DNA of 64,000 bases from Pavona decussata (lineage: Eukaryota). The stretch covers positions 496,001 through 560,000 of the forward strand of contig CDRNST010000033.1 of assembly GCA_977016875.1 (NCBI GenBank). Reading direction: 5' to 3'. Every line of letters begins with the position of its first letter. Position 1 is the stretch's first letter. The notes under the pieces were generated by a model that was not told the DNA's origin, made no database searches, and saw nothing but the letters and a program-made list of their open reading frames with translations. Position numbers and translations under genes: made by a program. Below, piece after piece: positions 42,030 through 54,262 of this stretch.

Positions 42030-42256
42030 CCGAAACAGCTGAAAGATCGCATTCTGTATGCCATTTACTACGGTCCCAGTGGATTGAAATGGAAAGATTG
42101 CAGTGGTATGGAAATGGACAGCCAAGTTGAAGCACAATGCCCTGAAACCATTGTCAGAAAACAAGAAGAACCAATGAAGATTGATTTTGTAATTAACGAA
42201 ATGCAAAACAAGCTGTCAGTTTAAGTCAGTGTGTGCTTGACTCTATCGTAGTTAAC

Positions 42257-42586
42257 ATGACTCTAGAGGGTTCTTCGCTTCGAATTCAATTTGATCGCTA
42301 CCGTTTATTAGCAAAACATATAAATATTCTTCCAGGTGAAATAGGTTTACTTAAAGAGGAATTTTGCAATCTGCCGGGCTCTATGCTTAATAAGTTAAAG
42401 GCTCTCCATTCAGAAGTCTTTTTCGACGTCAATTGGGGAAGGTTGCTTATGTTTTTAAGTTTTACGGAACAAGTGGGGTTGACCGAGGAAGAATGGGAAC
42501 GACTGTTTGATTTTCTCATTCCCATTCTTATCCAGATAGAAGAGAATAACTATATAAGTGAACCTCGCTATAGGAACAGTCATTAG
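42257..42586 (+). CDS. Small protein with a Bcl-2 BH1-like motif
   Basis: EVFFDVNWGRLLMFLSF resembles BH1 (ELFxDGxNWGRIVAFFxF). Confidence 0.5.
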   Translation: MTLEGSSLRIQFDRYRLLAKHINILPGEIGLLKEEFCNLPGSMLNKLKALHSEVFFDVNWGRLLMFLSFTEQVGLTEEEWERLFDFLIPILIQIEENNYISEPRYRNSH

Positions 42587-42730
42587 CGGTTCAACCTTCG
42601 CAGTAGTCACTAGTAATGGGTTGCTGGTCATCTTCACCCTCTCTGGTATTAGAGCGCATTTTCAACCGTATTCGTTGCGTATTGGCCTGTTGCGGGGGTC
42701 AAGTGATTGTTCAAAACTCCGAGTTTTGCG

Positions 42731-43800
42731 ATGGAAAAAACACTGGCCAGCGTATATCTCGACCCAAGTCAACCCGCAAGTTTCCGTGGTTTAGATGCTG
42801 TGTACCGAGCGGTCAAAGAAAAAGGAAAGAATAATATTTCTCGGAAACAAGTTCAAGATTGGCTGAGTCAGCAAGACGTTTACACCCTTCATAAACCTGC
42901 GCGAAGACACTATAAGAGAAGTCGAGTGATTGTTCCTGGCATAGATGCACAATTTCAAGCAGATCTGGTCGATGTTCAAAATTTAAGTCATTATAACATG
43001 GGGTATAAATACCTATTGACGTGTATAGACATCTTTAGCAAGAACGCCTGGGTCGTGCCTTTAAAGACGAAGCAAGGGCAAGAACTAGTCAAGGCTTTTC
43101 AGACGATTTTATCGTCTGGTCTTAAACCTAACAAGCTTCAAACGGATCAGGGTACTGAATTTCTAAACCGGCTGTTTCAAAACTTTCTTCACGAGAAGAA
43201 CATTGACTTTTTTACTGTCAACTCTGGGCTCAAAGCGTCAGTGGTGGAGCGTTTCAACCGTACATTTAAGAACAAGATGTACAAGTACTTAACAGCTAAA
43301 AACACTCTTACTTACATCGATGTGTTACCTAAGTTGGTAAAGTCTTACAATAACACCTACCATCGTAGCATCAAGATGAAACCAAGTCAGGTGAATAAAG
43401 CCAATGAAGCTAAGGTGTGGGACACACTGTATGGCAACGACGTTGACAAGCGTGTGCGATATAAATTTCAAGTGGGAGATCGCGTAAGGATCAGTAAGGC
43501 TAAGCGGATCTTTGAAAAGTCTTACCTTCCCAATTTCACCGAAGAAATGTTTACAGTGTACAAATGATTGCGTGTCAAGTACCGGTCTATAAACTGAAAG
43601 ATGATGCAGGTGAAATCTTGGATGGAACATTTTACAAAGCGGAATTACAGAAAGTAATCAAGGAGGATGATGTTTATCGGGTTGAAAAAGTTTTGCGTAA
43701 ACAAAAACGCAAAGGAGTAGTAGAATATTTTGTGAAATGGAAAGGATACCCAGACAAGTTTAACAGCTGGGTTGCTGAAAGCAATATCTCGAAATTTTAA
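42731..43800 (+). pseudogene. Polinton retroviral-like integrase with C-terminal chromodomain; frameshift at ~43565
   Basis: QADLVD; QTDQGTEF; VVERFNRT; YNNTYH; YFVKWKGYP..FNSWV. Confidence 0.93.
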
Positions 43801-43919
43801 TGTAGACTTTGTTTTCAAATTCAATAAAAGAAAAGGGAAAATGTAAGTTGGTTGTTGCGTGATTTTTTTTATAAATTAAGAATACCCAGAGTAAAACGTT
43901 CATTTGAACACAAGGTACC

Positions 43920-44681
43920 ATGGAGGTAACACAGTTTTACTTGCATCTTCCTAGCAATAGTAGTCTCAATAAATTTCCAAAGAATACCTTATCCGAGTAT
44001 AGAGTAGGCTTGCCTCAGACAATTAGCTTGACCGGGGACTGGGAAGTGGCTTTAACCGACATTCATTATCCACATAGCTGGAATAACATTCAAGGCCATT
44101 TCCGAAATCGATTTTATCTCCGCAACCAAGAATTAGAGGGTATGTGGGAAGCTTTGATATTTCCACCGGGACATTACTCGTCTATCACCGATGTTATAGC
44201 TAAGATGAACGAAGTGGTCAGTGAGGATGACCGCTTCAAAGACGATGTGCAATTTTCCTTTGATACCCTAAACCGAAAAGTGACTGTTCACTTACAAAAT
44301 AGCGCCGAATTGTATTTTTCTGACATCGGGCAAATACTCCGGTTCTCTTCTAATACTCGGATTTCAAGCACTTCTGTCGCTGAGAGAGAAGCAGATTTGG
44401 AACATGTGTTTCACGATCTTTATGTCTACTGTGACATTGTACAAGCACAATTCGTTGGAGATGCTCTGGTTCCGTTGCTTCGAATTGTCCCCGTGCAAGG
44501 TGATGACGGTCAACGCCTCAGTAAGTCGTTTGAGCGATCGCACTACTTACCTGTCAGCAGAAGAGAGTTTGAAACGATCGAAGTCAATATAAAGAGCGAC
44601 ACAGGAGAATCAGTGCCATTTGAGCTTTGGAAAGTGTTGCTTACACTTCATTTTCGACAGAGCAGACCCGTGAATTTTTAA
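43920..44681 (+). CDS. Minor capsid/penton (PZ)
   Basis: FYLHLPSNSS...WEVAL; LYVYCDIV...GD..VPLLR; LHFR. Confidence 0.85.
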   Translation: MEVTQFYLHLPSNSSLNKFPKNTLSEYRVGLPQTISLTGDWEVALTDIHYPHSWNNIQGHFRNRFYLRNQELEGMWEALIFPPGHYSSITDVIAKMNEVVSEDDRFKDDVQFSFDTLNRKVTVHLQNSAELYFSDIGQILRFSSNTRISSTSVAEREADLEHVFHDLYVYCDIVQAQFVGDALVPLLRIVPVQGDDGQRLSKSFERSHYLPVSRREFETIEVNIKSDTGESVPFELWKVLLTLHFRQSRPVNF

Positions 44682-44686
44682 ACACG

Positions 44687-45136
44687 ATGAAGAAACTTTA
44701 TACTCCAAATCACAAGTTGTACGAAGAATACTATTTAAATCAAACTAAGCAAAAAGGAGGCAATTTACCAGCTTTTCACGGTGCTCGATTTCAGCAGGGA
44801 TATGGCTTAGGTTCCATATTTAAAGGTCTGTTTCGTTGGGCGATGCCTCATTTAAAACAAGGTGCTAAAATACTGAGCACAAAGGCATTACAAACTGGAG
44901 CCCAAGTGGCTCAAGATGTTCTGGATGGAGATGATGTTAAAAGCGCAGTCAGCAAACGGGCAAAACAAGCTCTAGGTGACATGACATCCCAGAATTCCTC
45001 GCAATCAGGGAGTGGCCGAAAAGGTACAAAAAGGAAAGCGCAACTGGCAAAAAACAGTTCGCCTCCAGACAAGAAACGGAAAACATCTCCGCAGCAAAAG
45101 AAGACACCCGAAGAGAAGTATTCACTCTTAAAGTAA
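44687..45136 (+). CDS. Basic core/membrane-active virion protein (PX-like)
   Basis: QQGYGLGSIFKGLFRWAMP amphipathic motif; QSGSG; basic tail. Confidence 0.75.
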   Translation: MKKLYTPNHKLYEEYYLNQTKQKGGNLPAFHGARFQQGYGLGSIFKGLFRWAMPHLKQGAKILSTKALQTGAQVAQDVLDGDDVKSAVSKRAKQALGDMTSQNSSQSGSGRKGTKRKAQLAKNSSPPDKKRKTSPQQKKTPEEKYSLLK

Positions 45137-45137
45137 A

Positions 45138-46472
45138 ATGGCCTTTGTTCATCACGAATCAAACGAGTGTAGTAAATCAGAACTGGATTTGTTTAGCATC
45201 CCTTCAACGCAAACTTCTATTAGCAAGGGGCAATGGATTGAGTATCACCCCCTCAGCAACATTACTGAGACTGGTCCTATAGAATTCAATGTATCTGGGT
45301 CCGGAGAAGAATATCTGGATTTAGCAAGAACACAACTGCATGTGAAGGCTAAGATCACCAAAGCAAACAGTACTGCTTTAGACCTGAACGAGCAAGTGGG
45401 ACCTGTGAACCTATTTTTGCATTCCCTGTTTTCACAAGTGGATGTTTCTTTGAATGAGCGGCTTATTTCCCCGTTGACTGATACTTATCCATATTGTGCG
45501 ATGATTGAAACATTGCTGAACAACGGAGAAGATGCAAAATCGAGTCAACTAACAATGTCGTTGTTTTAAAAAGATACCCCAGGCAAGATGAATGCCGTCA
45601 ACCCTGTGGCCAACGATGATGATGCTAACATGGGCTTGAAAGCTCGCTGTGCATTTACAAAGACCAGCAACACGGTGGATATGATAGGTCCTATCCACAG
45701 CGATATTTTCTTCCAAGATCGTTTGATTTTAAACGGAGTTAATCTAAGGCTTAAGCTCAATAGAGCCAAAAATTCTTTCTGCCTGGTCTCATCAGCCGGC
45801 GGAGCTAATCACAAGGTGGTTATTACACAGGCCATCTTATATGTAAGGAAAGTGAAAGTAGCACCCGCCATCAGTCTAGGGCATGCGGTGGCATTGAAAC
45901 AAGCGACTGCCAAGTACCCAATACGCCGGGTCGATTGCAAAGTCCTCTTTATTCCCGGAGGTTTCCCTACTTTCAACCCGGATAACATCTTTCTGGGGCA
46001 AATTCCCAAGCGTATAGTACTGGGATTAGTGGATGCAGAAGCTTACAACGGGAGTTACCATACCAATCCCTTTGACTTCAAGCACCACAACTTAACCCAA
46101 GTAGGAGTGTACGTGGACGGTGAACAGATACCGAGAAAACCTCTGTTTCTGAAATTTGACGAGGCTGGTAGTCAGAATTTCATAGCTGGCTTTCAGAGCC
46201 TTTTCTCCGGTATTGGAAAGCTTTCCCAGGATACGGGCAATCAGATGACAAGAAGCGATTACGGTCAGGGATACACCTTATTTGTATTCAATTTGACCCC
46301 AGATCACTGTCCGGGAGACCATTTTGAGCTTATAAAACAAGGTAACCTGCGAGTAGAACTTCACTTCGCTCAACCACTCGCCAATACAGTCAACCTCATC
46401 ATCTACGCCGAATTTCAAAACGTGATTGAGATTGACGCAAACCGAAACGTTCTGTACGACTTTACAAACTAG
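45138..46472 (+). pseudogene. Major capsid protein (PY, double jelly-roll), in-frame TAA at 45567-69
   Basis: CSKSELDLF..P.TQ; LHSLFSQVDV; IHSDIFFQDRL; NPFDF; IYAEF..IEID. Confidence 0.92.
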
Positions 46473-46477
46473 CTAAC

Positions 46478-47008
46478 ATGGATACCGTTCAGCTGACGCT
46501 CATTTTGAGAAAGGATAGATATACCAGAGGCGTGTTTCAAGGAGTCTACCCTTTAGACAAACTACCTACAAGTGTTTCGTCTTACCCAGCTCTGTTTATC
46601 GCTAATGTGGATGCCAGTTACAAACCTGGATCGCACTGGCTTGCATTTTATTTCACCAAGGACCGAGAGGGAGAATTTTTCGATTCTTACGGATTGCCTC
46701 CAAGCAATTATTCAAGAACATTTACAAGCTTTTTGAACAATAATTCTAGTAGCTGGATTTTTAATACTGTGACATTGCAAAGCGTAAACTCGAAGGTTTG
46801 CGGGCATTACTGTTTATATTTCGCCTTATTTCGCTCTAGACAAGTTAACATGAGCACCATTGTACATCGATTTTCTAGTAACAAAAGTCGAAATGATTTT
46901 CTTGTAAAACGGTTCATCGAGAAACATTTCCCTCTAAGTCTTCCGAAATATCGCACGGATGTAAAAAAACAAAGAGCAATAGCACAACGCAATAAACACA
47001 CCATGTAA
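46478..47008 (+). CDS. Adenain-like cysteine protease (PRO)
   Basis: GSHW; FFDSYG; Q....VCGHYC. Confidence 0.92.
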   Translation: MDTVQLTLILRKDRYTRGVFQGVYPLDKLPTSVSSYPALFIANVDASYKPGSHWLAFYFTKDREGEFFDSYGLPPSNYSRTFTSFLNNNSSSWIFNTVTLQSVNSKVCGHYCLYFALFRSRQVNMSTIVHRFSSNKSRNDFLVKRFIEKHFPLSLPKYRTDVKKQRAIAQRNKHTM

Positions 47009-47084
47009 TTTAGTTTAAACGTATTTTATTGAGTGATCAAAATAAAGATGTTTTACAACAGTAAAAAATATCTCTTGTCGTGAC

Positions 47085-47858
47085 TTATAATCGTAACCAG
47101 CGCACAGCCTGAGTGCGTGGACTCTCAACTCTTCGTCTTTGCTTTTTCACGGGGACTGAGCTTGTAGTGGGTGGAGTAGGTAACCAACGGGAAGGACTGT
47201 CAGGTGTCTCTTCTCTCACTCTTGTTTTAAACTCTTGAATAGCACTCTGCCTCTGGGGATTACGCACTAGATTTTCTGGTACATTCATTCGGGCCAGTCC
47301 CCTCGCAAACACCGACCATCCCACGGGCTCAAAGCCTTTACGGTGACGCAGCATATCATTGACCAAATCCACCACGTGAGAGCCAGGAATCGGTTTGTTT
47401 TCGTACACCAATTCTCCTTTATCATTCCAGCCCAATACGTCTCCATTTTCTTTCATTTTGTCCAACAGTTGACGGGCTCCGTTCTTGTTAAGTTTGGGTA
47501 CACTTTTCATCACTTCTTGCTCCACGGCGGTTGAAACAGATTTTTCAAGAGCAGATTCCTCTGAAGATTCCTTACTTTCCTCTGGTTTGGGTGTTTCTGT
47601 GGGTTTGACGGCTTTCAGTTTTACGTGCAGGGGTTGATCTTTTCGCTGATCATAATAAGTCAAATAGTGCTGCAACACTTGATTATAAAGCTTCGCCTTT
47701 GCTTCATCATCTAATTCCTTGCTAGATAAAATATCGCTCATTTCACTGTCCAAGTTTTTCAGAGTTTGTGTCACGGGTGGTGTTAAGATATGATGGCGTT
47801 GTTGTAATCGTTCCAGTGTGTTCTCAGGAATGAGAACCATGCGCCGAGTATGATTCAT
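47085..47858 (-). CDS. Conserved Polinton protein (PW-like)
   Basis: LDSEMSDIL; KLYNQVL; W.DKGEL...IPGSH..DLV; C-terminal W. Confidence 0.7.
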   Translation of the reverse strand: MNHTRRMVLIPENTLERLQQRHHILTPPVTQTLKNLDSEMSDILSSKELDDEAKAKLYNQVLQHYLTYYDQRKDQPLHVKLKAVKPTETPKPEESKESSEESALEKSVSTAVEQEVMKSVPKLNKNGARQLLDKMKENGDVLGWNDKGELVYENKPIPGSHVVDLVNDMLRHRKGFEPVGWSVFARGLARMNVPENLVRNPQRQSAIQEFKTRVREETPDSPSRWLPTPPTTSSVPVKKQRRRVESPRTQAVRWLRL

Positions 47859-47861
47859 CCC

Positions 47862-48188
47862 TCAGGTAAGGATTGAAGTTAGTACACGCAGCACGGGCGG
47901 TAATAAAACACTTAAAAAATTTCCCCTGTGTTGAACCAAAAGTTTCTTTTTCTTTTCAAGTGGTGTACTTTTTTCAGCGAGAGCAATCAGAGGTTTCTTG
48001 TGGACTAAGAGCTTTTTCTTGGCTGGTTTACTGACAGGCACTGTTCCTTTGAGAACGTTTAAAACACACTCACAAATGGTTCTCACTAAAGCGTCGTCGG
48101 CAACTTTCAAAATGGCTTTACGTTGAGCGGGTGTACACTTTACCAGGAGCTTCAAAAAGTCGTAGTTCTTTCTGAGTCACTGGGCCAT
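47862..48188 (-). pseudogene. Small basic Polinton protein; early TGA at ~48177
   Basis: ICECVLNVLKG...LVQH(R)GNFL; ATG 48188 is in frame. Confidence 0.7.
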
Positions 48189-48223
48189 GCTCAACTGATT
48201 TATTTCTCTATGGTTCACTCTTT

Positions 48224-48865
48224 TTATACTTTTCTGACATAGGCGCATTGCGTCTCCCCAGGGAACATGTTGCTACGTAACCGGAAGTCGCTAGGTGTTT
48301 CCGCTTTGAAATCACATAATAAATAACCATATGGCCATTTCGTCGCATCTTGAAACGCCTCCTGCATGTATTTCACATGGCCGGGAAACATTTGCTTGGC
48401 TAAATGATTGACCTGACTGCTATCTCTAGGAGACTTGAACAGTACCAAGTAATGACAATTCAAACTCATATCTCTCAGTTCTTTTCCACGGTGAAAAATG
48501 TTTTGCAAAATAAAGATAACACTGAGGTTTCGATGATGACAACCTTTAGTAAACAAACTGGTTATTCTCTGGTCGTTACTCAATTCGTGCATCAAATCGT
48601 CAATGACCACTAAATTCTGAATAGAGGGATTAATCATGGATTCTAAATCATCAGGCACTCCTTCGACAAACGTAATGTTTGCAATAGTTTTAAGCATTTC
48701 ATCATAAGCGCGCTGGTAAATTCCATAACACCAAATGATATTTTCAGGAGCACGTTCAATCATGTCTTCGCCCGATTCTAGTAAACGTTTAACAAACTGA
48801 CTTTTTCCGCAACAAGTCGGTCCTGCAACAAGAGCGGGGAAGGGATGTTTCCATCTTGGGTCCAT
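48224..48865 (-). CDS. FtsK/HerA-family packaging ATPase
   Basis: GPTCCGKS; LVVIDDLM; HH.NLSV..ILQN; SLN.HY. Confidence 0.92.
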   Translation of the reverse strand: MDPRWKHPFPALVAGPTCCGKSQFVKRLLESGEDMIERAPENIIWCYGIYQRAYDEMLKTIANITFVEGVPDDLESMINPSIQNLVVIDDLMHELSNDQRITSLFTKGCHHRNLSVIFILQNIFHRGKELRDMSLNCHYLVLFKSPRDSSQVNHLAKQMFPGHVKYMQEAFQDATKWPYGYLLCDFKAETPSDFRLRSNMFPGETQCAYVRKV

Positions 48866-48902
48866 GATTACAACTGCCTAACTGAACTGCATGCACTCTT
48901 AT

Positions 48903-49103
48903 TTATAGAAAAATCGTTTTAGGTTCAGTCTCTTTGTCATATACGCGTACCACATTGGTTTTTTGTAGTTTCGAAAATTGTAACCAATACTTGCGTTCCA
49001 TCTCGGTTAACTCGTGTACCTGACTTAAATGATTTGCTAATCTTACTAAAAATTTGGACCCACAGCCAGGAATGGGACAATGTTTGCATTTTAGTCTCTT
49101 CAT
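48903..49103 (-). CDS. Small C2H2-like zinc-finger ORF
   Basis: CPIPGC...LANHLSQVH. Confidence 0.55.
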   Translation of the reverse strand: MKRLKCKHCPIPGCGSKFLVRLANHLSQVHELTEMERKYWLQFSKLQKTNVVRVYDKETEPKTIFL

Positions 49104-49505
49104 GTTACCCCTATGAAAGGTTGATTAAAACTGACGAAAATGATTTAGAACATGAAATTTATCGGGCATAAAGGGCAGGAAGGGCAGAAGGGGTACTTTT
49201 TTAGCGCCGTGTTTTCCCTGGGCGCACTTTGAATCTCGCGTGGAAGTCGCGCGCTTGGCTAAACAGAGATCAGGCCATGATTAGCATATCAAGTTGAATT
49301 TATTTACAATCTATGTACATACAATCTTTTGGTAAAATTCTATGAGAAAACTATGTCGAGGAAAAAAAACTATATACAATTTTATATACAATAGTATTTA
49401 CAAGCGAGAAAAACTATGTCGAGGGAAAAACTATATACAATTTTATATACAATGCTATTTTCAATCTATCAAAAAAAAAAAAAACCAGAAAACTATGTAC
49501 AAAAA

Positions 49506-52500
49506 TTAAATATCTAAGGGTGTGGTAGAAACACCATCTTGTAAATTTTTGCATTTCGGGTAAAAATACGAAAAGGCATCTCGAACTTGAGTATAAGTAT
49601 ACATAGTATTATTTACCACACGAAAACCTCGATTTATCCCGCCACTATTTCGTTTGGTGAGCAGTGCATTCAAATACTTCTCTTTGTTGATCTCGTTACA
49701 TTTCTTGTTGACACCCTTACAACTAAACTTATCTTTGGCCCCAAAACAATAATAAGTTTTTGAGCACAATCCCACGATTCCTTGCCCCTCCCACTCTACT
49801 TTTAAAAGACCTGAAGTTCGCTTATCATGGGCCTTATGTTCGGCAGTGTCGGTTCTTGGGAACCAGTTGCACTTATCTTGTTCGAATTCAGCCTTTAATT
49901 CTGGTTTCACTAAAGACTCTACGCTATCCCCCGAGATAGCGATATATGCACTATCCGTGTCCATTTCACACATTTGAAAATCTGCACGATCGAGATACTT
50001 GTCTAAAAGATAATAATAAAATTGTAACATGCGTAACTTGGCATATTGATACACGAAAAAACCTACTTGAATAGGTAAATTTAACTTAATGGTCTTCTTA
50101 CAGGACTCTACTTCATAAGTATCTTCTGTGATGTTTTCTAGCTTTCTGAACAGAGGTGTGTTGACTTTACGGCTAGCTTCATCATCAGAGCAATATTCCA
50201 CGTTTCTGTGCTTCAAATGGTTGGTAATCGTTTTGCCATAGCCTGAATTCCCAACCTGAGAGATTAAAAAGATCTGTGTAAGTTTTTCTATCCATGAAAT
50301 GTGTATTGCTCCCTTCCCTTATGTTCCCAGAAAGGCGCAGCTACTTAGTAGTTTCATCGTATCTGCCATGATGGCCTTCCTAGGATCGGCATCCCCAGCT
50401 CTCCTCGCGTCTGAAACAGCGTCTCCAAAAGGTTTAAAGCAGGGCTCAGGGGTAAATTCAACCACTTGGTAGACTTTAGTTACTTCCAATCCATGTTCCA
50501 GATACCATTTAAGAAGGGGTGTGGCCAGCAGGATCTTGTCACCTTTCATACTGCCAATCAAGCTTCGCCGAGGTTGCGTCATGATGTTGTGTTCCTCTGC
50601 GTAAACCTTCATGAAGTCTCCAATATCATCGCGACTGATTTCCGTGTTCTTAAAGATCGGGCACATCTCGCTGAATTTCTCTTTCAAGTGGTCCGGTACA
50701 CGAATATCCACTTCCATGCACCCAAACAAACGCTCATTTCGCACCTCGCTCAAAATTTGTTCCAGGCTCATAATCTTAAATTTGTCGAGAGTTCTTCGCA
50801 CTTCGGTGGCGATGAATGGCTGTAGTTCACGGTTCGTTCTCTTTAGCAGACGCCAATCACATTCCCACATCTCCACGACACGGTAGCCTTTACTCTTAAT
50901 GTACTCCGTGTTGGTCTTCGTCTCTTCCAACAGTTCAACCATGGGCTTGTTTCGTTTTTCGTTAAATTCTTTTCCGCGGTTAAGCGAACAGTCATGGCCG
51001 TGCCAATTACACCCGTGGAATTGATACACAGTTTGTGTCTGCTGGTTGAAACCATCCACTGGCAGTTTACGATCGCCGATACGCTTCTCGGTGTTATTCA
51101 GTTGATGTCTAATATGAATTTGTTCCTTGTGAGCTACCCATTCGAGCCACTCGATCGCCATTGTTATGCTTGCCTTGGGTTTAAACTTATTTTCTGCCAT
51201 GCGTCTGGTATAACTTCCTGTTGGCATGTTCTGCATCAGAGCCCAAAGGTACAGCGCATTCGCATCGTAACACACGATTTTTTCACACAGCTTACCAGCC
51301 GGGCCTTTCTCTGCTTCTCTGATCTTTGTTTTGCCTGCTTCATGGTAGCGATGGAAGATGATTGAAGGGCCTCCGGTGTTGTTGTCTTTGATCAAGTGAT
51401 ACAGGTCACTGTTGGCTTGATCAACCAGACTAAAGTACGTTTGCTCATCAAGAAACGAGAACAAGTACTTTAAGGTAAGGCCAGAAACAGAAATGCCGTC
51501 TTTAAACATATCGATCTTTCTGTCTTGCCAGAACTGACTCATTTTCTCTACTGCTTCTATAAAGGGCACGACATCCAGATTGTTGTCCCAGACCAAGAAA
51601 TCTTTAAAGGTGGCCATTTCATTGTCTTCCCATACTTGCTGACAGTACTGGTATTCTTGTTCTGTAACGTTTTGGTTCTTCAGAGATGAATAGAAAGCTT
51701 CGTGGGGAGGTAGTGATGTTTCTTCTAGCTTGTCCAGTCCATCGACCCACTCGTACGGGAAGAAACCTTTAGTTTGCTCGCACTCGTACGCTTTCAGGAA
51801 CTGATCATAGCTAAAGCCCGGGGCAACATAGTTGGAAATGTCAAGGAGCTTCAGAAAATTTGTCTTGAGACACATGTGATTGCTGTTTCTCTTGACAGTG
51901 AACTTGATAGGTTGAGTCTCAATGAGGTACGGGAACAGAAATTCTTTGACGGCATTCAAGTCATATTTTCCAGAGTTGAACCCAAGGACAGGCAATTCTT
52001 GTAAGTATGTATTCAGTTTTTCTTCTAGTTTGTTCAGCACTTTGTTGTCACTAGTTTGTGCCTCTCCAAACAACAGTTCTTTGCAGTCAGCAATTTCATC
52101 ACGCCTCTGTCTCTGTTCTAGTCTCCTTCCGGTATCCAACTGCACATTCAATCTTCTGTAAAAGGATGGATCGTTCTCGTTGACTTCGTCATCTAAGAAG
52201 GGCAATCTTCCTCGTTCTCAGCCTCAATCTCTTCCTCATCCTCCTCATCATCGCTCGCCATCACATCAATCCCTCTACTTTCATCCTCACTATCTTCTCC
52301 GGTTTCTTGTTCGCTTTCATTTTCACAACTACCAGCCTCTAGATTTCCGTCTTGCATATCCACTAGCATTTGCGCTAATCGATGTTCGCGAGTTTCATTG
52401 TTGGTCGGACCTCTTGCGGTTTCGAGAGCTTCAAACACTGGAGCGGACTGTTCTCGGAGTAGAGAAGAACTTTTCGTGCTGATGGACACCAAGTACTCGA

Positions 52501-54262
52501 TAAATTCTGTAATAAACTCTTTTGAATCACCGCTAGTCACGAAACATTTCGGTTCTTGATACTCAGGCACGTTACTGCAGACACTCACACTGAGGGGGAC
52601 ATGCGCCGATTGCCAGTTCAATTTTTCTGTGTTCTTCAATTCTTGCCCTTTCTCTTTGTCGAGGTAGCACTTGAAATCAAATGTGGCGCGGTACGAAAAA
52701 TAGCGTGCTTCCTCTGGGACAAGAATTCCTTCGTCTTCAAGTTCTTCAAAGATCGTTTTCGGAACATGGTACGCGCCCCCAGGGTACTTGAGCTGGACTT
52801 TGCCGTCACAGGTCTTCTCATGTTGCCTTAAATTATGTGCCCTTTTCCAGTACTTGCCACATCTTGAACAACAGAAGGATTTACTGTACCGGGCGAGATC
52901 TTTTATGTACGAAAAATGCTTCTCGTACAAGTTCAAGTAAAGCGTGCTTTCATAATGGCGATGTGAGCGGCGAACCAATATGGCGGCGATGTCGGGTTTG
53001 TCTTCAGTTTCTTCCTGTTCTTCACCGTGGGTCTGTGTGGGGGCGAGATTGTACACTTGAATATTAACTTCGTACAGTTTCTCTAATTCATCCAGCTCGA
53101 TTAACTTGACTCCATGAAACTTTTTCTTGGCTAGACCGGCTTCTCTGTACTGTTGATAATAGTGCTTCGTGTCCCTCTCTAAATTCTTCGTGTGACAGCC
53201 ATTATGTAAAGCCAGACAGCGGAAGAAACACAGATTATCTTGATATGGTTTACCCGTCTGTGCATTGGTTTCTAGCGCATCGATTCCTCTATTTTCCACC
53301 AAGTAATGGGGTAGATTTTTACCACGACCGATCGGATGATCGCGAGGTTTCCAAACAAACCAGGTGACATTCGTGACCAGATCCACGACCCATTTACTAT
53401 TTGGTCTTTGCTGGCGAACCCACTCCAAGAAATCAATGTTGTTTACTTGTTCGTACAGGCGTTCCAAATCTTCACGATTGGAGACCAGGAACGGCTGTTC
53501 TAAGACCAGGTTGTTGTTGGCAGAGGGGTGATGGTACTGGAGACCGTCAGTTTCAGTGTTGTGCAAAATAAATCCAAAGGCAAAGTTGACTTTAAACACA
53601 GTTGTCTGATCAGCGAAGATGCGGCTCAGCTGTTCGCGGAGGGAAGCTGGACTGATCGTCGACAAGCGAAAATTATACCAGTCTTGTAAACGGTTTTGGT
53701 GGCTAAATCGGGTCCGGATTTGTGGCCAGTGTTGCCGGTACATTTGGGCGATGTTTTCCTCACTACTAGAAATGAGGTTTGTAGAAATGAGAATGGGATC
53801 CACTTCCCAGCTAGGACCTGCAGTTGCAGTCGATGGTTGAGGAGTAGATTGAAGAGTGGCTGATGGTTCTTGCACTGTACTCACACTTCCTTGGCCCGTC
53901 CTCTCAGATTTTTTCGCAGCTGGTGCATCTGTGGTTTTAGATGCGGGTCATTTTCTATTAGCTGCAGCGGGTTGTGCAGTTGAATGCGCGGTGCGAATAT
54001 GAGCGTTGTAGGGCGCGCGATTGTGGAATGTTTCGCCACACGTATTACAAGTGAACGTGCATTCGGCAGCTCCCTTGTCGTGCGCTTTCAGGTGACGAGT
54101 AAGGTCTTCCTTTTTCCTAAACTGTTTGCCACAGCGTGAACATTCGTAGGGTTTCTCGCCGGTGCGGATGCGCTGATGGGTTGTTAGATGATTGGGACGA
54201 GTAAATGTTTTCCCGCAGGTGTCGCAACAATGTTCCTTGCGAGGCTTTTTGGCCTTCTTCAT
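49506..54262 (-). pseudogene. Protein-primed family B DNA polymerase with N-terminal C2H2 fingers, embedded Vsr-like nuclease and one intron (50348-50256)
   Basis: FNSGKYD; YDANALY; K.VGNSGYGK; MDTDS; KGV; VDGF...FHGC.WHGH. Stop at 53948; frameshift at ~52200. Confidence 0.92.

Noticed and set aside
53948-54262. Host zinc-finger transcription factor
   Set aside because: It is in frame with pPolB and lies inside the Polinton.
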